From Macrostomum lignano (taxonomy: Eukaryota): a stretch of DNA of 64,000 nt. Under the pieces are notes generated by a model. That model was not told where the DNA came from and did not search any database. It worked only from the letters and a program-made list of their open reading frames with translations. Positions 22,800 through 44,247 of this stretch are shown here, piece after piece. Numbering within the stretch: position 1 is the stretch's first letter; each line of letters starts with the position of its first letter. The DNA is taken from the NCBI GenBank assembly GCA_002269645.1, contig NIVC01000991.1:248001-312000 (forward strand), given 5' to 3'. The position numbers were made by a program, and so were the translations under genes.

Positions 22800-24600
22800 A
22801 CACTTTATACATGTAAATGAGGTCTATTTTAAGGCTGCAATTTCCATAGCCAGTGCATAGTAGCTCCCAAATCCTTGGCTAGCTCTGATTCTCTATAAAC
22901 CAAGCCTTTGAAAACAAAAAGGTGAACAAACCCATGAACTGTTTGCACCACCGCCTTAGGTGTATTTGTAGTCAGAGATCAAGCACAAGATGCACCTCAT
23001 CCACCAGGCATGCGGTCCACTATGGCAGCAAAATTGTGCAGATAATCAAGGTTCTTAGTCTGTTACATCAATAGGAAATTGCATGGCATCATTCAATTGA
23101 ATGCCTGATTTAAGTGATTTTAAATTGACTACTTTCCAAAAGTTTGTAGTGCACTTAACAAAATCTGTGGTATCTAACTGACCATTGACACATGTGCAGC
23201 AATCATTTTTTTTAAAAAACATCCAATACAAGACTCACTTTTTGATGCTCCAATTGGGAAGGATCACAAGCTACTGGGTTAAGTGATGTCAGTCTGACAA
23301 TATGTTTGTGCGATTGATCCATAATCGAGACTAGGTCATGCAATTTGGCATGATATAATGGGCTGTCTACTATAGGTATAAAATCAATTTATTTGTAGCA
23401 CTGGGTAGCCAGTTGTTTTGGATATTTTTTATGATATGGACAGTGTTGTATTGTAAGAATAGTGGCTTGCTATGATCAGCAAGATTGACTGCCTCCTATG
23501 GTGCAACTCTGCACAGTTTGCTCAACCAACTCAAAGCAGTTCCTATTTGTAAAATGATTATCACAAATGAAGGCAACAGCAGTTCTACCACACGTAAACG
23601 ATGGTTAATAACTAGCTTACTTGGTTATATAAGAACCAAGGTGCTAGGCTATAGATAGGAATTAGTCTAGCAACGTAAGCTTCACCTCCGATTAAAGGCT
23701 TAACCATGATAGCCAGAATGGTTCATGCCAATATATCTTGGGCATCCTCTGCAAATCCAATAATATGACCACTACTAAATCAAAGTAAAGGCTTAACATA
23801 GACCTTGTCAAAATTTACAACATAGTAGCGCTGCAAAGGAGTGCTTTTTTCTATATTAAGAGAAAACAAGTTGTCAACCATCATTGTCAGTTCCAACTGT
23901 GCCAAGCCCACTTAAATGTCATTTGATAGTGGCAGGATACGGCATGCAAACAACATCTTAGAGAGAAGAGCCATTGTGGCTAGAGAAGTACAGTTTTGCA
24001 GCTGTAAAAATGTCACCTGCATTATACTAGACTCCTTGTGATTGATAACTGCTGAGTTCTAGTTGTCAAATAAAAAATGACTGGTAGGAGTCTCTATAAC
24101 ATAGGTCCTTCATGCTTTCTACATGCACAGCAAGCTCTTTACTTGCAGTCTTCAACTTAAAGAGTAAGATTAGCCACAGCTTCTAATTGGCTGAATCACT
24201 CAAGTCAATGCTAATAGCCCAATGCTGAGACTGCCATGATAGTGTTGCAACAAAAGGCATTGACAGAGAAGTTGTGGTTGACAACAACCAGAACTTTGCC
24301 AGTTCAACCATTAACTATCAAGAAGTGCACAGCAGAGTCACTTTACTGCACAAGCCATCCTTCATTTATGAAGAAGCTGATATTGCCAGCTTGCTTAGTA
24401 AAGCTAGACTACAACTTTATTCTATAAATGGCATTAAATGATCCTATTTCATCTTCCAACTGCCCACAGTGACTGAATAGAACATCATGTCTATTGATAT
24501 CTCTGGACTTTTCTATAAAGACAACAAGACACCATGCTTATATTGTCATGTTTACCAAAATTCATGTTTTAATAGCAAGCAAAGTAAATAAAAAATTGTA
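22800..24600 (-). mobile_element. Highly decayed LINE reverse-transcriptase region (CR1/L2-like)
   Basis: Minus-strand remnants such as AISIDLS...KLWLILLFKL (compare alDisKAFDrVwH.gLl.KL) fall in RT order, with many stops and frameshifts. Confidence 0.35.
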
Positions 24601-25759
24601 TGATATCTTCACTTTGGCTCAGTTAGGCGCAATAAAGCAGTTGGCATTAGCATAGCATTCATATGCTAAAAAATCATTAGAGGCTAGACCCTTATCAGAC
24701 CCTTATTAGCTAGGTCACTAGAACTAGTGTAGCCCTTAGGGCTAGGACTAGGTATGTAGATTGTAAGAAGTACTCAAATTATATAAATATAATATTATAA
24801 AATGCAAAAAAGACTACAAAAAAGTCTACAAAATACTAATCTATATAACTAAATTTTTTACTCTGGCCAGTCAGTAACCACTAAGAAAAAATGTATTATT
24901 AATGCACAATATCACTAGGTCTAAACATACATTCTAATTCTATTACAGCATAGAACAAAGTCATAGGTCTACTTATACAAGTAGGAGTAAGAGACAAGCC
25001 TATATAGCATGTCAATGTCAATTTTTTAATTGTTGATGCTTCCACCTTCTACTCAACATTTAAAGCCATGGCTATACTCATATTGATACTACACTAGGAA
25101 ACAATTTAAAGAAAAAATAATTTCTTTAGCTAGGTCTAAAGAAAGAACTAACAATTTGAATTCATCAAAAGACTGAGAATTCAAATTAAAAGGGTCCACT
25201 ATGTTCAAAGTGTTAGAAAGAAAGAATATTTAAACAAATTCATTTACTGTTGGTTACCCAAAGGACAACTAACATAAGTTTCAATCATTTAAAAAACATA
25301 ATGACCATTCTGTGAAATATTTTGTGAAAAAATACAATTCAGACACTTCAAAAACTGGTCTGAACAGTTTTTGAAGTTAGCAATTTGTTTTCTATGAACC
25401 AAAATGATGTTTATTATGTACCAATAGAAAAAAAATTGCTTGTGAAGATTTGTACAATCTTGAAGACAAAAGAGATTTAAGAGAGCCAACCAAAAAGAGC
25501 ATCAGCACATGGGATAGTTTTACATTTTGAATTCTGATCTAGGCACAATAGACATGTCTCTGACCAGCTTGAATTACATTATATACATTACTTGACCACA
25601 CATTACATAGTAACCTACTTTTCTCTATTTTATTCTGTATTTCTGACTGTGCTGAATTTTTTTGATAAAATCATAAAGAAAAATCCTAATCATCAAGTAT
25701 TGCTAACAAGTTTTTGCAAACTTGGCAGTCCAATAATACAACTCGCACTACTTATATAA

Positions 25760-27448
<1,689 letters not shown>

Positions 27449-27694
27449 TGATGTCATCACTAGCTACCTGGAATTTGTTTTATCGTATTGTTGCAACTAA
27501 AGCTTTTTCCTTTAGACTAACTCTTAGACCATTCTTAGGGAACACAGTCTCGCTTGTATTTATACCTCAGAGGCTGAACCTCAGAGGGTTTCAGTCTGGG
27601 TTTTGAGGCCCGGGGTACAGTTGCATGGGTTAGAGAGGACAGACAGACAAGTGGGTCAAGGAGCACAAAAAAAGTACTGTCACAACGGCTATCA

Positions 27695-28135
27695 CCTTTC
27701 CCAGATCCTCAGTTGCTGGGCCAGCCTCCCAGATCCTCAGTTGCTGGGCCAGCCTCCCAGATCCTCAGTTGCTGGGCCAGCCTCCCAGATCCTCAGTTGC
27801 TGGGCCAGCCTCCCAGATCCTCAGTTGCTTGGCCAACTTCCCAGATCCTCAGTTGCTGGGCCAGCCTCCCAGAACCTCAGTTGCAGGGCCAACAGCCTCC
27901 CAGATCCTCAGTTGCTGGGCCAGCCTCCGAGATCCTGAGTTGCTGGGCCACCAGCCTCCCAGAACCTCAGTTGCTGGGCCAGCCTCCGAGATCCTGAGTT
28001 GCTGGGCCACCAGCCTCCCAGAACCTCAGTTGCTGGGCCAGCCTCCCAAATCCTCAGTTGCTGGGCCAGCCTCCCAAATCCTCAGTTGCTGGGCCAGCCT
28101 CCCAAATCCTCAGTTGCTTGGCCAGTTTCCCAGTT
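27695..28135. repeat. 28-bp minisatellite (CCAGCCTCCCAGATCCTCAGTTGCTGGG)n
   Basis: Period 28, downstream of the ARF6 stop. Same unit as 41100-41340. Confidence 0.92.
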
Positions 28136-29141
28136 CATCAAGATGAATGCTCATAGTCTTAAACAGGCAATTAAATGCTAAGCTTTAATCGAAAATGAGA
28201 TTATTGCAGACAATCAGTAAAGCGAAATCGCGGTGTCTGCTCAGTTGTTGGATACTGCGATCACAGTGCAAATCTATTTAAAATGAACCACACCAAAATT
28301 ACTCATGGGATTCAATATTATTTTTCCGTAAATATTTGCTTCACATAACTCTTTGTTGATATAAATGCCTTAAGTTTTTTTGCGTAAAATACGTTTTTTG
28401 CTATGCTATGCTAGCAGTTGTCACAAAGTTATATATGTTTCCTGACAAATTGACATTAACTTGAAGCATCAAATGCACTTTCAGCAGTTTTCCTACTCAA
28501 TGATTAGAAAAAAACACAAAACAAGCTGGTATATGTTTACTCGGGCAGTGTTTGATTGCAATAAATAGCTCGTATCTGTTTTTGTCTTCATGAATGCATA
28601 ATAATATATTTTAACTGACACAAAATATATGCTATGTGTATAGGAGAAATTGAAATATTTTACCTTGTACTGTAAATTTAACTCAATCGATTAAATTTGC
28701 CTGTTTTGTAGCTCACTTCGGTTTTGTTTTGTTAGCCCGTAGTTATTTATAATTGCGTGTAGATATGCTGGTTGTTGCAACTGTCACACATTCTTATACA
28801 TGTAGTATGCTAATTTTTAAAGGAGTTTTATGTATTTTTCCAGCAATATGATTCTTTGTTTATTTAGTTTTGCCTGTGTTTTTTATTAATCTCACTACTG
28901 CAATATTCATGTACCCAAAATCCCGTGTAAAGAATTATTTTTTGCGATGAAAAATAGATTGTATATGAATTCCTGCAATATTTATCCGTTAATAATAAAC
29001 AGAATTTTTTTTATGTATCAATGCTGTTACACATTAGTAGCATTAAAATATTTTTCAGATGGATTCTATTTTCTTGCTTTATTTATTTTAATCACGTAAA
29101 TCTCATCAAGTCATGGTTCGCTAAATAATGTCTCAACAGAC

Positions 29142-29633
29142 GGGTCCATGAGAATTGCCCGCAGACGAATTGCCCGCAGGAGATTTGCCTACGAGTGGAT
29201 TGCCCGCGGCGTTTTTTCCCGCCGAGGTTTGCCCGCAATGCTTTTTTACTGCAGATTTTGTCTGCATTGCCTTCCCAATGCTTATTACATGTAATAATTC
29301 TTAGTAAAGAGATTTAAACGATCAAAACTTTTTGATAGTAACTGCATTTCAAATGCATATTTTTTTGGGGGGGGGGGGGGCAAGGCAACACATACAGAAT
29401 CTAGCTGCCAAATGCGCTGCAGTAAAAAAGCATTGCGGGCAAACCTCTGGCAGAAAAAACTCTGCGGGTAACTCGCTCGCGGGAAAATTGCACTGCGGGC
29501 AATTCTTGGCAGGAAAATCTCCACGGGCATGCAATTTGCTCACGGGCAAAATGCACTTCGGGCAAATCTCGGCGGGCAAATCTGCGGGCAAATCTTGGCG
29601 GGCAATTCGTCTGCGGGCATTTCTCGTGCTCCA
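29142..29633. mobile_element. MITE with 9-bp target-site duplication (Mutator/Merlin-like)
   Basis: Imperfect TIRs containing GAGAA(T/A)TGCCCGCAGACGAATTGCCCGC. TCAACAGAC is duplicated at 29133-29141 and 29634-29642. Confidence 0.8.
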
Positions 29634-31799
29634 TCAACAGACATATATATTATATATATGCGACGTAAGACTTCAACAAATTCTTTAGAAATAAATCTAA
29701 ATCTTTTAGTTCTAAAGAAGCACTTTAGTCACTAGTGATTAGTGAATGACGAAATGCAATCAGGTGGAAATGATGAGGTGCAAGTAGCTCTAGATTCTAG
29801 GTTATGTTATGGCCTCTAGATTATTCACAATCCTCTAATTTTAAATCCCCTACTTAACGTACTGACGTCTGACCAGTGAATCTAAAAGCTCAGCTACATG
29901 TAGGTTGTGAATGCACGTGTGAAGTAGATAAAACGCTATTTTTAGCAGTATTGATTAACCACTATAAAACTTTTTGTTTTAATAAATTTATTTTAATCAA
30001 GTATTACAGAAAAAAATGGCTTCTGTAAAGACTAACAAATATTTGAAACTAAGGATTTTGTTTTTTTAGGTCAGTTTTTACTCAATTTTTGACGTCCTGC
30101 ATTTCGCAGATTGACCTGCCAAATATTTAAGATTCGAAGTTAAAACTGAAACATGTTAAATCTAGTCAAAAGACGATTTCAAGGTCAAGCTAATAAAAGT
30201 GTCTATATAAAACTTGTAAATTACTAATATAATGCTAATATAGTAATATTAAAATTGACACTCACAAAAATACGCCTACACTGCACAAAACAAAAGTCTT
30301 AATTATTTGTTTAGGCCCTAGCCTAGGAGTATTTAAACAAAAGAAAAATTCGAATTTTGTATAATGTCTAATCTTGTTCAGATATTTTATCCAATCTAGG
30401 CGTATATGTATATTTAATCTACTGCATCTATCTACTTATTCACTATATGTATATGTAATATAAATACTATAGTAGAGTATATACTATAAATATAATGTTA
30501 GGTCTACTATTATATTAGGCCTATGATAACACTTCACAAATCACAAGTTAGGCCTATTTAATTTTTGCATATGTAGATGTAGCTGTAGGTCTTGGCCTAT
30601 TACTGGCTATTATATTGCTTTTAATAGCATTAATGCTTTGCAAAATACAATATACAACTGATGGTTTTCTTTTACTTTCAAACAATGAGATTGAGATGCC
30701 ATACATCTATGGATTTTTAATTTTTAGACTTTACAAATAGGAAAACACAACATTACACATTCTGCAAACATTTATAAAGAAAAAGTCTATCTAAGAACGC
30801 CATGACTAGGGACACACCGGCCGTGCCTCTAACTCTATGTCTAAGGACACGGCCACCGTGTCCCTAGCTACCACGCTACTCTGTGCCTAGAGCCACGGTG
30901 GCCATGTCTTTAGCTGTGTGGACTCGCGGCATGGCCGCCATGTCCCTAGCTCTGTGTATGGAGACACGGCGGCCGTGTTCCTAGTAATCTACCACTCACA
31001 TGCCTGGGGGCACGGCAGTTGTCTCTGAACAATGGGCTTTAAATGCAAATGATTCGATACATGTACGTAGGTAGCTCGAATGTTGCCGGTAGTGTCCGTA
31101 AAGACAGTGAAATATTGTGTCAATCAATCTTTTCCAATATACTAAAACTCACGAGTATATACTGTGTCATGGATCCGAGTTTGTCTTTTGGTCAAATAGG
31201 CTATTTCTTCACTTCTCCGATTTTTGCCCAAATCCGTTTATCCCCCCTTTTCAAAATCATAGTTTCGCCACTGCATGTAAAAAGGCTGTAAGCCAAGGAA
31301 TTAAGGCGGCTTAAGGCAGTTAATAAACAATTTGATAGTTAATGCAAGACTGCAATTACTAGAAACTCATGATTAAGAAAAAAGCATTTAGAAATGGTTA
31401 GAAAAATTTGTTAAACACAAAAGGCACATCTTTTAGAATGCAATATAAAGCTGGCATAACTTTAGTATTGTTGAATCTTAAAATAATTGTAATTGTATCC
31501 AGTTATAAACTATATATTTTAAACATTGGTTAAAATCTCAATATATCACATAATATAACAAGGGAATGATAATGAAAGCTATGACTCATAGTATGAGTAG
31601 CAAAATTTAGAGCTATGAATGCTCAAATTTTTATTTTTTCACTTGGATCTAAGCTAAACTAATAGACTTCTATATTGCAAGATAAAACAAAGAACAAGTA
31701 TTATACAAAAAATAGATGCAGATTATAGAAAGCCACTATGTTTCTATAGCCTAGCTAGGCTGGCTTTGCCTGGCTATCAATTTTTAAGAATTCTTTTTA

Positions 31800-32367
31800 T
31801 TTATCACTTTTCAGGTTGAATATTTTAACCAAAACTCAAGATGTAACAATCTTTCAACTTTCTTAATGATACTGAAAAAAATTTTTATTATTGAATACAT
31901 TTATAAGACTTTTAACTCAAAAAAATGAATAGGTGCAGGAACAGTATTAGTCAGCTTAAGTTAGGACATGAATTTTTTATTTACATTGATTTAAAATAGA
32001 TTGCACAAAGTAGGAAGATAGGATAATAGAATAAAAATATAGCTAAAATGGCTAATCTTTTCCATTGACACATCTTTAATATCATTGTTGAAAGTAGCCT
32101 GTGCTTTTCACATATTGCCATATGTAGAGTTGCATCTTGCAAATATTACAGTTATTATTCAAACTTAATTTTGCTATTGAAATTTAATGTTAAAGAAATG
32201 AAAAGTTTCTTCAAAAGTTCTAATTATCTTTATATAATTTGGCAATGCCAGTCTCCATTTCCCAAATTCATCTGGGTCCTTTAGAAAGATAAACACTTTG
32301 ATTGTCTTCTTTTTAGACTTATAGCCTAATTGGACTTGTATCCTAGAACAAAGCATTTTCTTGGCAT
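31800..32367 (-). mobile_element. Decayed THAP-domain DNA transposase remnant (P-element-like start)
   Basis: ATG at 32367 reads MPRKCFVLGYKSN*, then after a frameshift VFIFLKDPDEFGKWRLALPN...FH. This resembles the THAP pattern MPRKCCVPGC...VFxFPkD...kW..alP...HF. Confidence 0.55.
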
Positions 32368-33489
32368 TAGTTATTGACAATTATCATTTGTAAACTTAAT
32401 AAAGATGGAAAGAACTAGCATTAGTAGAAGATTAGAAAAAAGTTTGCATTTTATGCCATAGATGACAAGTTCTCTGATAGCAGCTTTTTATAAGACATTT
32501 TTTATGAGCTATATAATACATTGAGAAAATAGAGGTATAATGTACCAAAAGACTTACTGCTTCTCTTAGAAGAAAGAAATAAAAACTGGGTTGTGCATCT
32601 TTTAGGATAGCTTTTATTTAGGCTGGAGAAAAACCTGTTCAATTGTTGAATAATAAATTCTAAAGATCATAAGAAAAATCAGCCTATAACTTTTTTCCAT
32701 TTTAGCCAATTTCTTTTTTTCCTATATTTTAGTAATCCTTAGAGCTTGCTTAACCAATGCTAGCTAAGTAAGCATTGCCATTAATAAATTCTTTATATTA
32801 TACAAATGTATGCCATGATAGCAATGTTGATTTAGCAACTATAAAACATTTATAAATAATATAGTATATAAATTTTAATGATATGCAACTTAATTTTGGA
32901 CTAAAAAGTTGATTCTGCAACTTATATAAAAATTATGTCTTTAATTTGCATTCTTTTTTTAAACTTGTCAATTTTCTGTCATTTTGGTCTATTATAATTT
33001 ACTCATGTATAATATTTACATATTTATATGTGCTTAGGAACTAACAGAATGGGTAAAATTGCCTTAGTGCTAGTTGAAGAACAGTGTTAATGCTAAAGCT
33101 AGGCCTATTAATGATATAAGGTGTCTAGAACCCTCTTATGGAATATCATCATTATTATTACCCAAATAACCAACCAATAGAGTATTTAGTTAGAAATCAT
33201 TATTGTCACAAAATGAATCAAAAATTATTATGAAAGGACCAAATTTGTCAAAAAATTCATACATTTTATTAGAATTCTTAATCTAGGACATGACAGTTTT
33301 TTCTCATTTTTTATGTGTGACAACACATAAAAAATGTGTTGTCACACATAAAAAATGAGCTCGTAGAAGCCAAAACTGCTATTTTGAACACTTGAAATAC
33401 ATTTTCATATACATGCACTAATGGAAAAGTGTGCATCCAACAACTTAAGCCATAGTTTAATTATATATCACATCCAAAGGCTACATATG

Positions 33490-33620
33490 GCTGTTTAGTC
33501 CAAGGACTAAGGGTCGCCACACACACCTAGCCTCAATTGCCCCAACAATGCTGGAACCCATTTTACAGCTGGGTGAGCTGAAGCAATACAGAGTTAAGTG
33601 TCTTGCTCAAGGACACAAAT
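33490..33620 (-). mobile_element. CORE-SINE (MIR-like core) remnant
   Basis: Minus strand TTGTGTCCTTGAGCAAGACACTTAACTCTGTATTGCTTCAGCTCACCCAGCTGTAAAATGGG (33618-33557) aligns by eye with the MIR core GTGACCTTGGGCAAGTCACTTAACCTCTCTG.GCCTCAGTTTCCTCATCTGTAAAATGGG. Confidence 0.7.
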
Positions 33621-33791
33621 TGTTCCAAGTGGGTCAAGACTAACATTCAATTCGGGTACTCTTTATATCCTTAATAATGTTACCAAATCTGTTGGGTAAT
33701 AATCTTATTAACTCATTACTTTTTAAAACACAATATTCATGAGGCAATACTAGTCTATTCAGAATTTGAACTCACCAGACTAAATTAAATC

Positions 33792-34247
33792 ATGGGTCGC
33801 ATGCACACGCCTGGCAAAGGTCTGAGCCAATCGGCTCTGCCCTATCGTCGCTCCGTGCCGCTCTGGCTGAAACTGAGCGCCGATGACGTCATCGATCAGA
33901 TCTGCAAGCTGGCTAAAAAGGGCCTGACCCCGTCGCAGATTGGTGTCATCCTGAGGGACTCGCACGGCGTGGCCCAGGCCCGCTGGGTGGCCGGCAACAA
34001 GATCCTGCGCATCCTGAAGGCCAAGGGCCTGGCCGCCAGCCTGCCAGAGGATCTCTACTACCTAATTAAAAAGGCAGTGGCCATTCGCAAGCATCTGGAG
34101 CGCAATCGCAAGGATAAGGATTCAAAGTTCCGTCTGATTCTAGTTGAGAGTCGTATTCACCGATTGGCCAGGTACTACAAGACTCGGGGCACCCTGCCTA
34201 GCAACTGGAAGTACGAATCGTCCACCGCTTCGACTCTTGTGGCTTAG
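33792..34247 (+). CDS. RPS13: 40S ribosomal protein S13 (uS15), 151 aa, uninterrupted CDS
   Basis: [23 protein letters not shown]...[11 protein letters not shown], full length and intact. AATAAA follows near 34338. Confidence 0.98.
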   Translation: MGRMHTPGKGLSQSALPYRRSVPLWLKLSADDVIDQICKLAKKGLTPSQIGVILRDSHGVAQARWVAGNKILRILKAKGLAASLPEDLYYLIKKAVAIRKHLERNRKDKDSKFRLILVESRIHRLARYYKTRGTLPSNWKYESSTASTLVA

Positions 34248-34494
34248 ATTGGATTTAGCGATGACTTTATTATATGTGAGACTATGAGCAGTTTGTGTTG
34301 AGTCTTAGTAGAATGAATTGGACTAGCAAGACAGAATAATAAACGGACAGTCAGATAAAGCCTCTGTTGGAAGAAATGCTGTTTTAGACTTGTGTTATTC
34401 ATTTTTAGTAGAAAACACATACATAGGCTACCTCACACTCTCCATTCTTAGATTCAATCCTTCAACTTCCGATATTTATCAAGCTGGAGTTGCC

Positions 34495-35240
34495 CATCCC
34501 ATAGAGAGTTCCCATAGATATCCTCAAGTTCGAGTTCTCACAGAGATCCTCAAGTTTGAGTTCCAATAGAGATGCTCAAGTTTGAGTTTCCATAGAGATC
34601 TTCAAGTTTGAGTTCCCATAGAGATCTTCAAGTTTGAGTTCCCATAGAGATGCTCAAGTTTGAGTTCCCATAGAGATCCTCAAGTTTGAGTTCCAATAGA
34701 GATCCTCAAGTTTGAGTTCCAATAGAGATCCTCAAGTTTGAGTTCCCATAGAGATCTTCAAGTTTGAGTTCCCATAGAGATGCTCGAGTTTGAGTTCCCA
34801 TAGAGATCTTCAAGTTTGAGTTCCCATAGAGATCTTCAAGTTTGAGTTCCCATAGAGATCCTCAAGTTTGAGTTCCAATAGAGATGCTCAAGTTTGAGTT
34901 CCCATAGAGATCTTCAAGTTTGAGTTCCAATAGAGATGCTCAAGTTTGAGTTCCCATAGAGATCTTCAAGTTTGAGTTCCAATAGAGATGCTCAAGTTTG
35001 AGTTCCCATAGAGATCTTCAAGTTTGAGTTCCCATAGAGATCTTCAAGTTTGAGTTCCCATAGAGATCTTCAAGTTTAAGTTCCCATAGAGATCCTCAAG
35101 TTTGAGTTCCCATAGAGATCTTCAAGTTTGAGTTCCCATAGAGATCCTCAAATTTAAGTTCCCTTAGAGATTCTTAAGTTTGAGTTCACACTAGGGATCC
35201 TCAAGTTTACGTTCCCATTGAGATCCTCAAGTTTGAGTTT
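34495..35240. repeat. 26-bp minisatellite (AGAGATCCTCAAGTTTGAGTTCCCAT)n
   Basis: Period 26, between RPS13 and NEDD4. Confidence 0.92.
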
Positions 35241-35399
35241 AAATAAGTCAGTCTACTCAAATGTTTTATGGTGAAAACTTATCTCTGCTACCATCAGCCA
35301 TAGTATGGCTTGACTAAAAGCCTGAAGTTCACTGGAAAGTCGCTGTGATTTTTATTCAATTTAAAAAGAAAAAAATATATTTTGTACAAATATTAAACA

Positions 35400-41794
<6,395 letters not shown>

Positions 41795-41917
41795 ATAGTG
41801 CGATTGATTATAAAAGTGTATTATTTTCTCAAAGAAGTTTATATGTACTATTAAATTGGAAAATAGGCCAAGAATCGCGACTGTTGTAAATTTTAAAGAA
41901 ATTAAACAAGCGCGCCA

Positions 41918-41995
41918 AAACACACGCTCACACAGGATGTACATCGCCCATTTGACTTTCTAGTCGATCAGGCATGTACACCTTGGAGCCTTGGG
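41918..41995 (-). mobile_element. Degenerate core-only remnant of the SINE family
   Basis: Minus strand CCCAAGGCTCCAAGGTGTACATGCCTGA...GATGTACATCCTGTGTGAGCGTGTG matches the SINE core. In the NEDD4 3' flank. Confidence 0.6.
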
Positions 41996-42411
41996 ATACA
42001 TTCAATTGCATGAGACATTGGGGGGGATTCCACCATAGATAAACAAACCCAGGGCACATTGTCAAATTTTACAGTGAACTATTTGCACCGCTTGAGATTG
42101 TAACGTTGTTTTGACTTATATTGTCCACAGGTCATCTACTTTTAACAAAGACCTATCTGAAGTTTTATTAGGGCCACATAGACTTCATGGTCCACTTGGC
42201 TCCACCACTAACTAACTTGTTGAATTATTTTCATTTTATTCTAACAAAATTGCACAATTTTTAATGTAGTTGCTTTTTGCGTTTTTGTAGTAAATTTGTG
42301 TTGCAGATGAGCTTTCTCTATTTTTTATTGATTTTTTAATCCAATGTGATCATCCCTCGTAGCCTTGGTAACCAACCATCCACGTCACTCCAGAATTTCA
42401 TCAAAATACAC

Positions 42412-43582
42412 CTTAAGAACCGCCCTCAAACCACCTGCAGAATCGCCCTCAAACCACCTGCAGAATCGCCCTCAAACCACCTGCAGAACCGCCCTCAAAC
42501 CACCTGCAGAATCGCCCTCAAACCCCTGCAGAACCGCTCTCAAACCACCTGCAGAATCGCCCTCAAACCACCTGCAGAATCGCCCTCAAACCACCTGCAG
42601 AATCGCCCTCAAACCACCTGCAGAACCGCCCTCAAACCACCTGCAGAATCGCCCTCAAACCACCTGCAGAATCGCCCTCAAACCACCTGCAGAATCGCCC
42701 TCAAACCACCTGCAGAATCGCCCTCAAACCACCTGCAGAATCGCCCTCAAACCACCTGCAGAATCGCCCTCAAACCACCTGCAGAATCGCCCTCAAACCA
42801 CCTGCAGAATCGCCCTCAAACCACCTGCAGAACCGCCCTCAAACCACCTGCAGAATCGCTCTCAAACCACCTGCAGAACCGCTCTCAAACCACCTGCAGA
42901 ACCGCCCTCAAACCACCTGCAGAACCGCTCTCAAACCACCTGCAGAACCGCCCTCAAACCACCTGCAGAACCGCTCTCAAACCACCTGCAGAACCGCCCT
43001 CAAACCACCTGCAGAACCGCCCTCAAACCACCTGCAGAACCGCCCTCAAACCACCTGCAGAATCGCCCTCAAACCACCTGCAGAACCGCCCTCAAACCAC
43101 CTGCAGAATCGCCCTCAAACCACCTGCAGAATCGCCCTCAAACCACCTGCAGAACCGCTCTCAAACCACCTGCAGAACCGCCCTCAAACCACCTGCAGAA
43201 TCGCCCTCAAACCACCTGCAAAATCGCCCTCAAACCACCTGCAGAATCGCCCTCAAACCACCTGCAGAATCGCCCTCAAACCACCTGCAGAATCGCCCTC
43301 AAACCACCTGCAGAACCGCCCTCAAACCACCTGCAGAATCGCTCTCAAACCACCTGCAGAACCGCTCTCAAACCACCTGCAGAACCGCCCTCAAACCACC
43401 TGCAGAACCGCTCTCAAACCACCTGCAGAACCGCCCTCAAACCACCTGCAGAACCGCTCTCAAACCACCTGCAGAACCGCCCTCAAACCACCTGCAGAAC
43501 CGCCCTCAAACCACCTGCAGAACCGCCCTCAAACCACCTGCAGAACCGCCCTCAAACCACCTGCAGAACCGCTCTCAAACCA
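42412..43582. repeat. 23-bp minisatellite (CGCCCTCAAACCACCTGCAGAAT)n, about 50 copies
   Basis: Period 23. Explains the two 430-aa ORFs. Confidence 0.95.
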
Positions 43583-44247
43583 CCTTCGATAAAAAAGTAT
43601 TTGGAATCGCATTATGCATGTTCTGTTATGTCTTATAACAATGTTATACTTTAAGTCTACATATGTTGCAAACTATTTTATATATATTGTATGAACAGTT
43701 TTTGCTATCTTAAGTTACGTAAAAGCGATAGAACCTTTCAAGTTACGTATAAATATTTCTTGCGTCATCACAAATTAGTCAGGTAATTAGAATTTAATTT
43801 AGCCTAAGTTCCATTGCTTGTCTTTTCTTTTCCTGCCCGCCGTAGACTATATCTCGATTCAGTCAGATTATTGTTATATTATTATACGGGAATAATTATA
43901 ACTAAGCAAATCTGGCTTGTAAATACTATAAAATAATAGCATATGCTGCTTATATTTCATACTTATAAATGCTTTTATTTTATTTAATGTTGTGCTGTTG
44001 ATAAGAGTAAAAATATTATGCTTAGCCTACTTGGCGCTTGACACTGAAGAATCGTGATAACATTTTTATCCTTTAATAAGATGAAAAATAATTAAAATAA
44101 AACAATTTTTATCGGATTTCAAACCTGCTTGATTGAGTGCGCAATTTCATATTGCGTGCGTTTATCATTATTATTAAATATCTAATTTGCTGTTTTCTTC
44201 TGTTATTTAAAATTGGTGTTATTGCACATTTAGTTAGTGGGAGTAAG

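Noticed and set aside
33792-34247. RPS13 processed pseudogene
   Set aside because: Full-length intact frame, strong codon bias, no genomic polyA tail or TSD.
42346-43654. Two 430-aa ORFs
   Set aside because: Translations of a stop-poor 23-bp tandem array; open in several frames, no domain or splice context.
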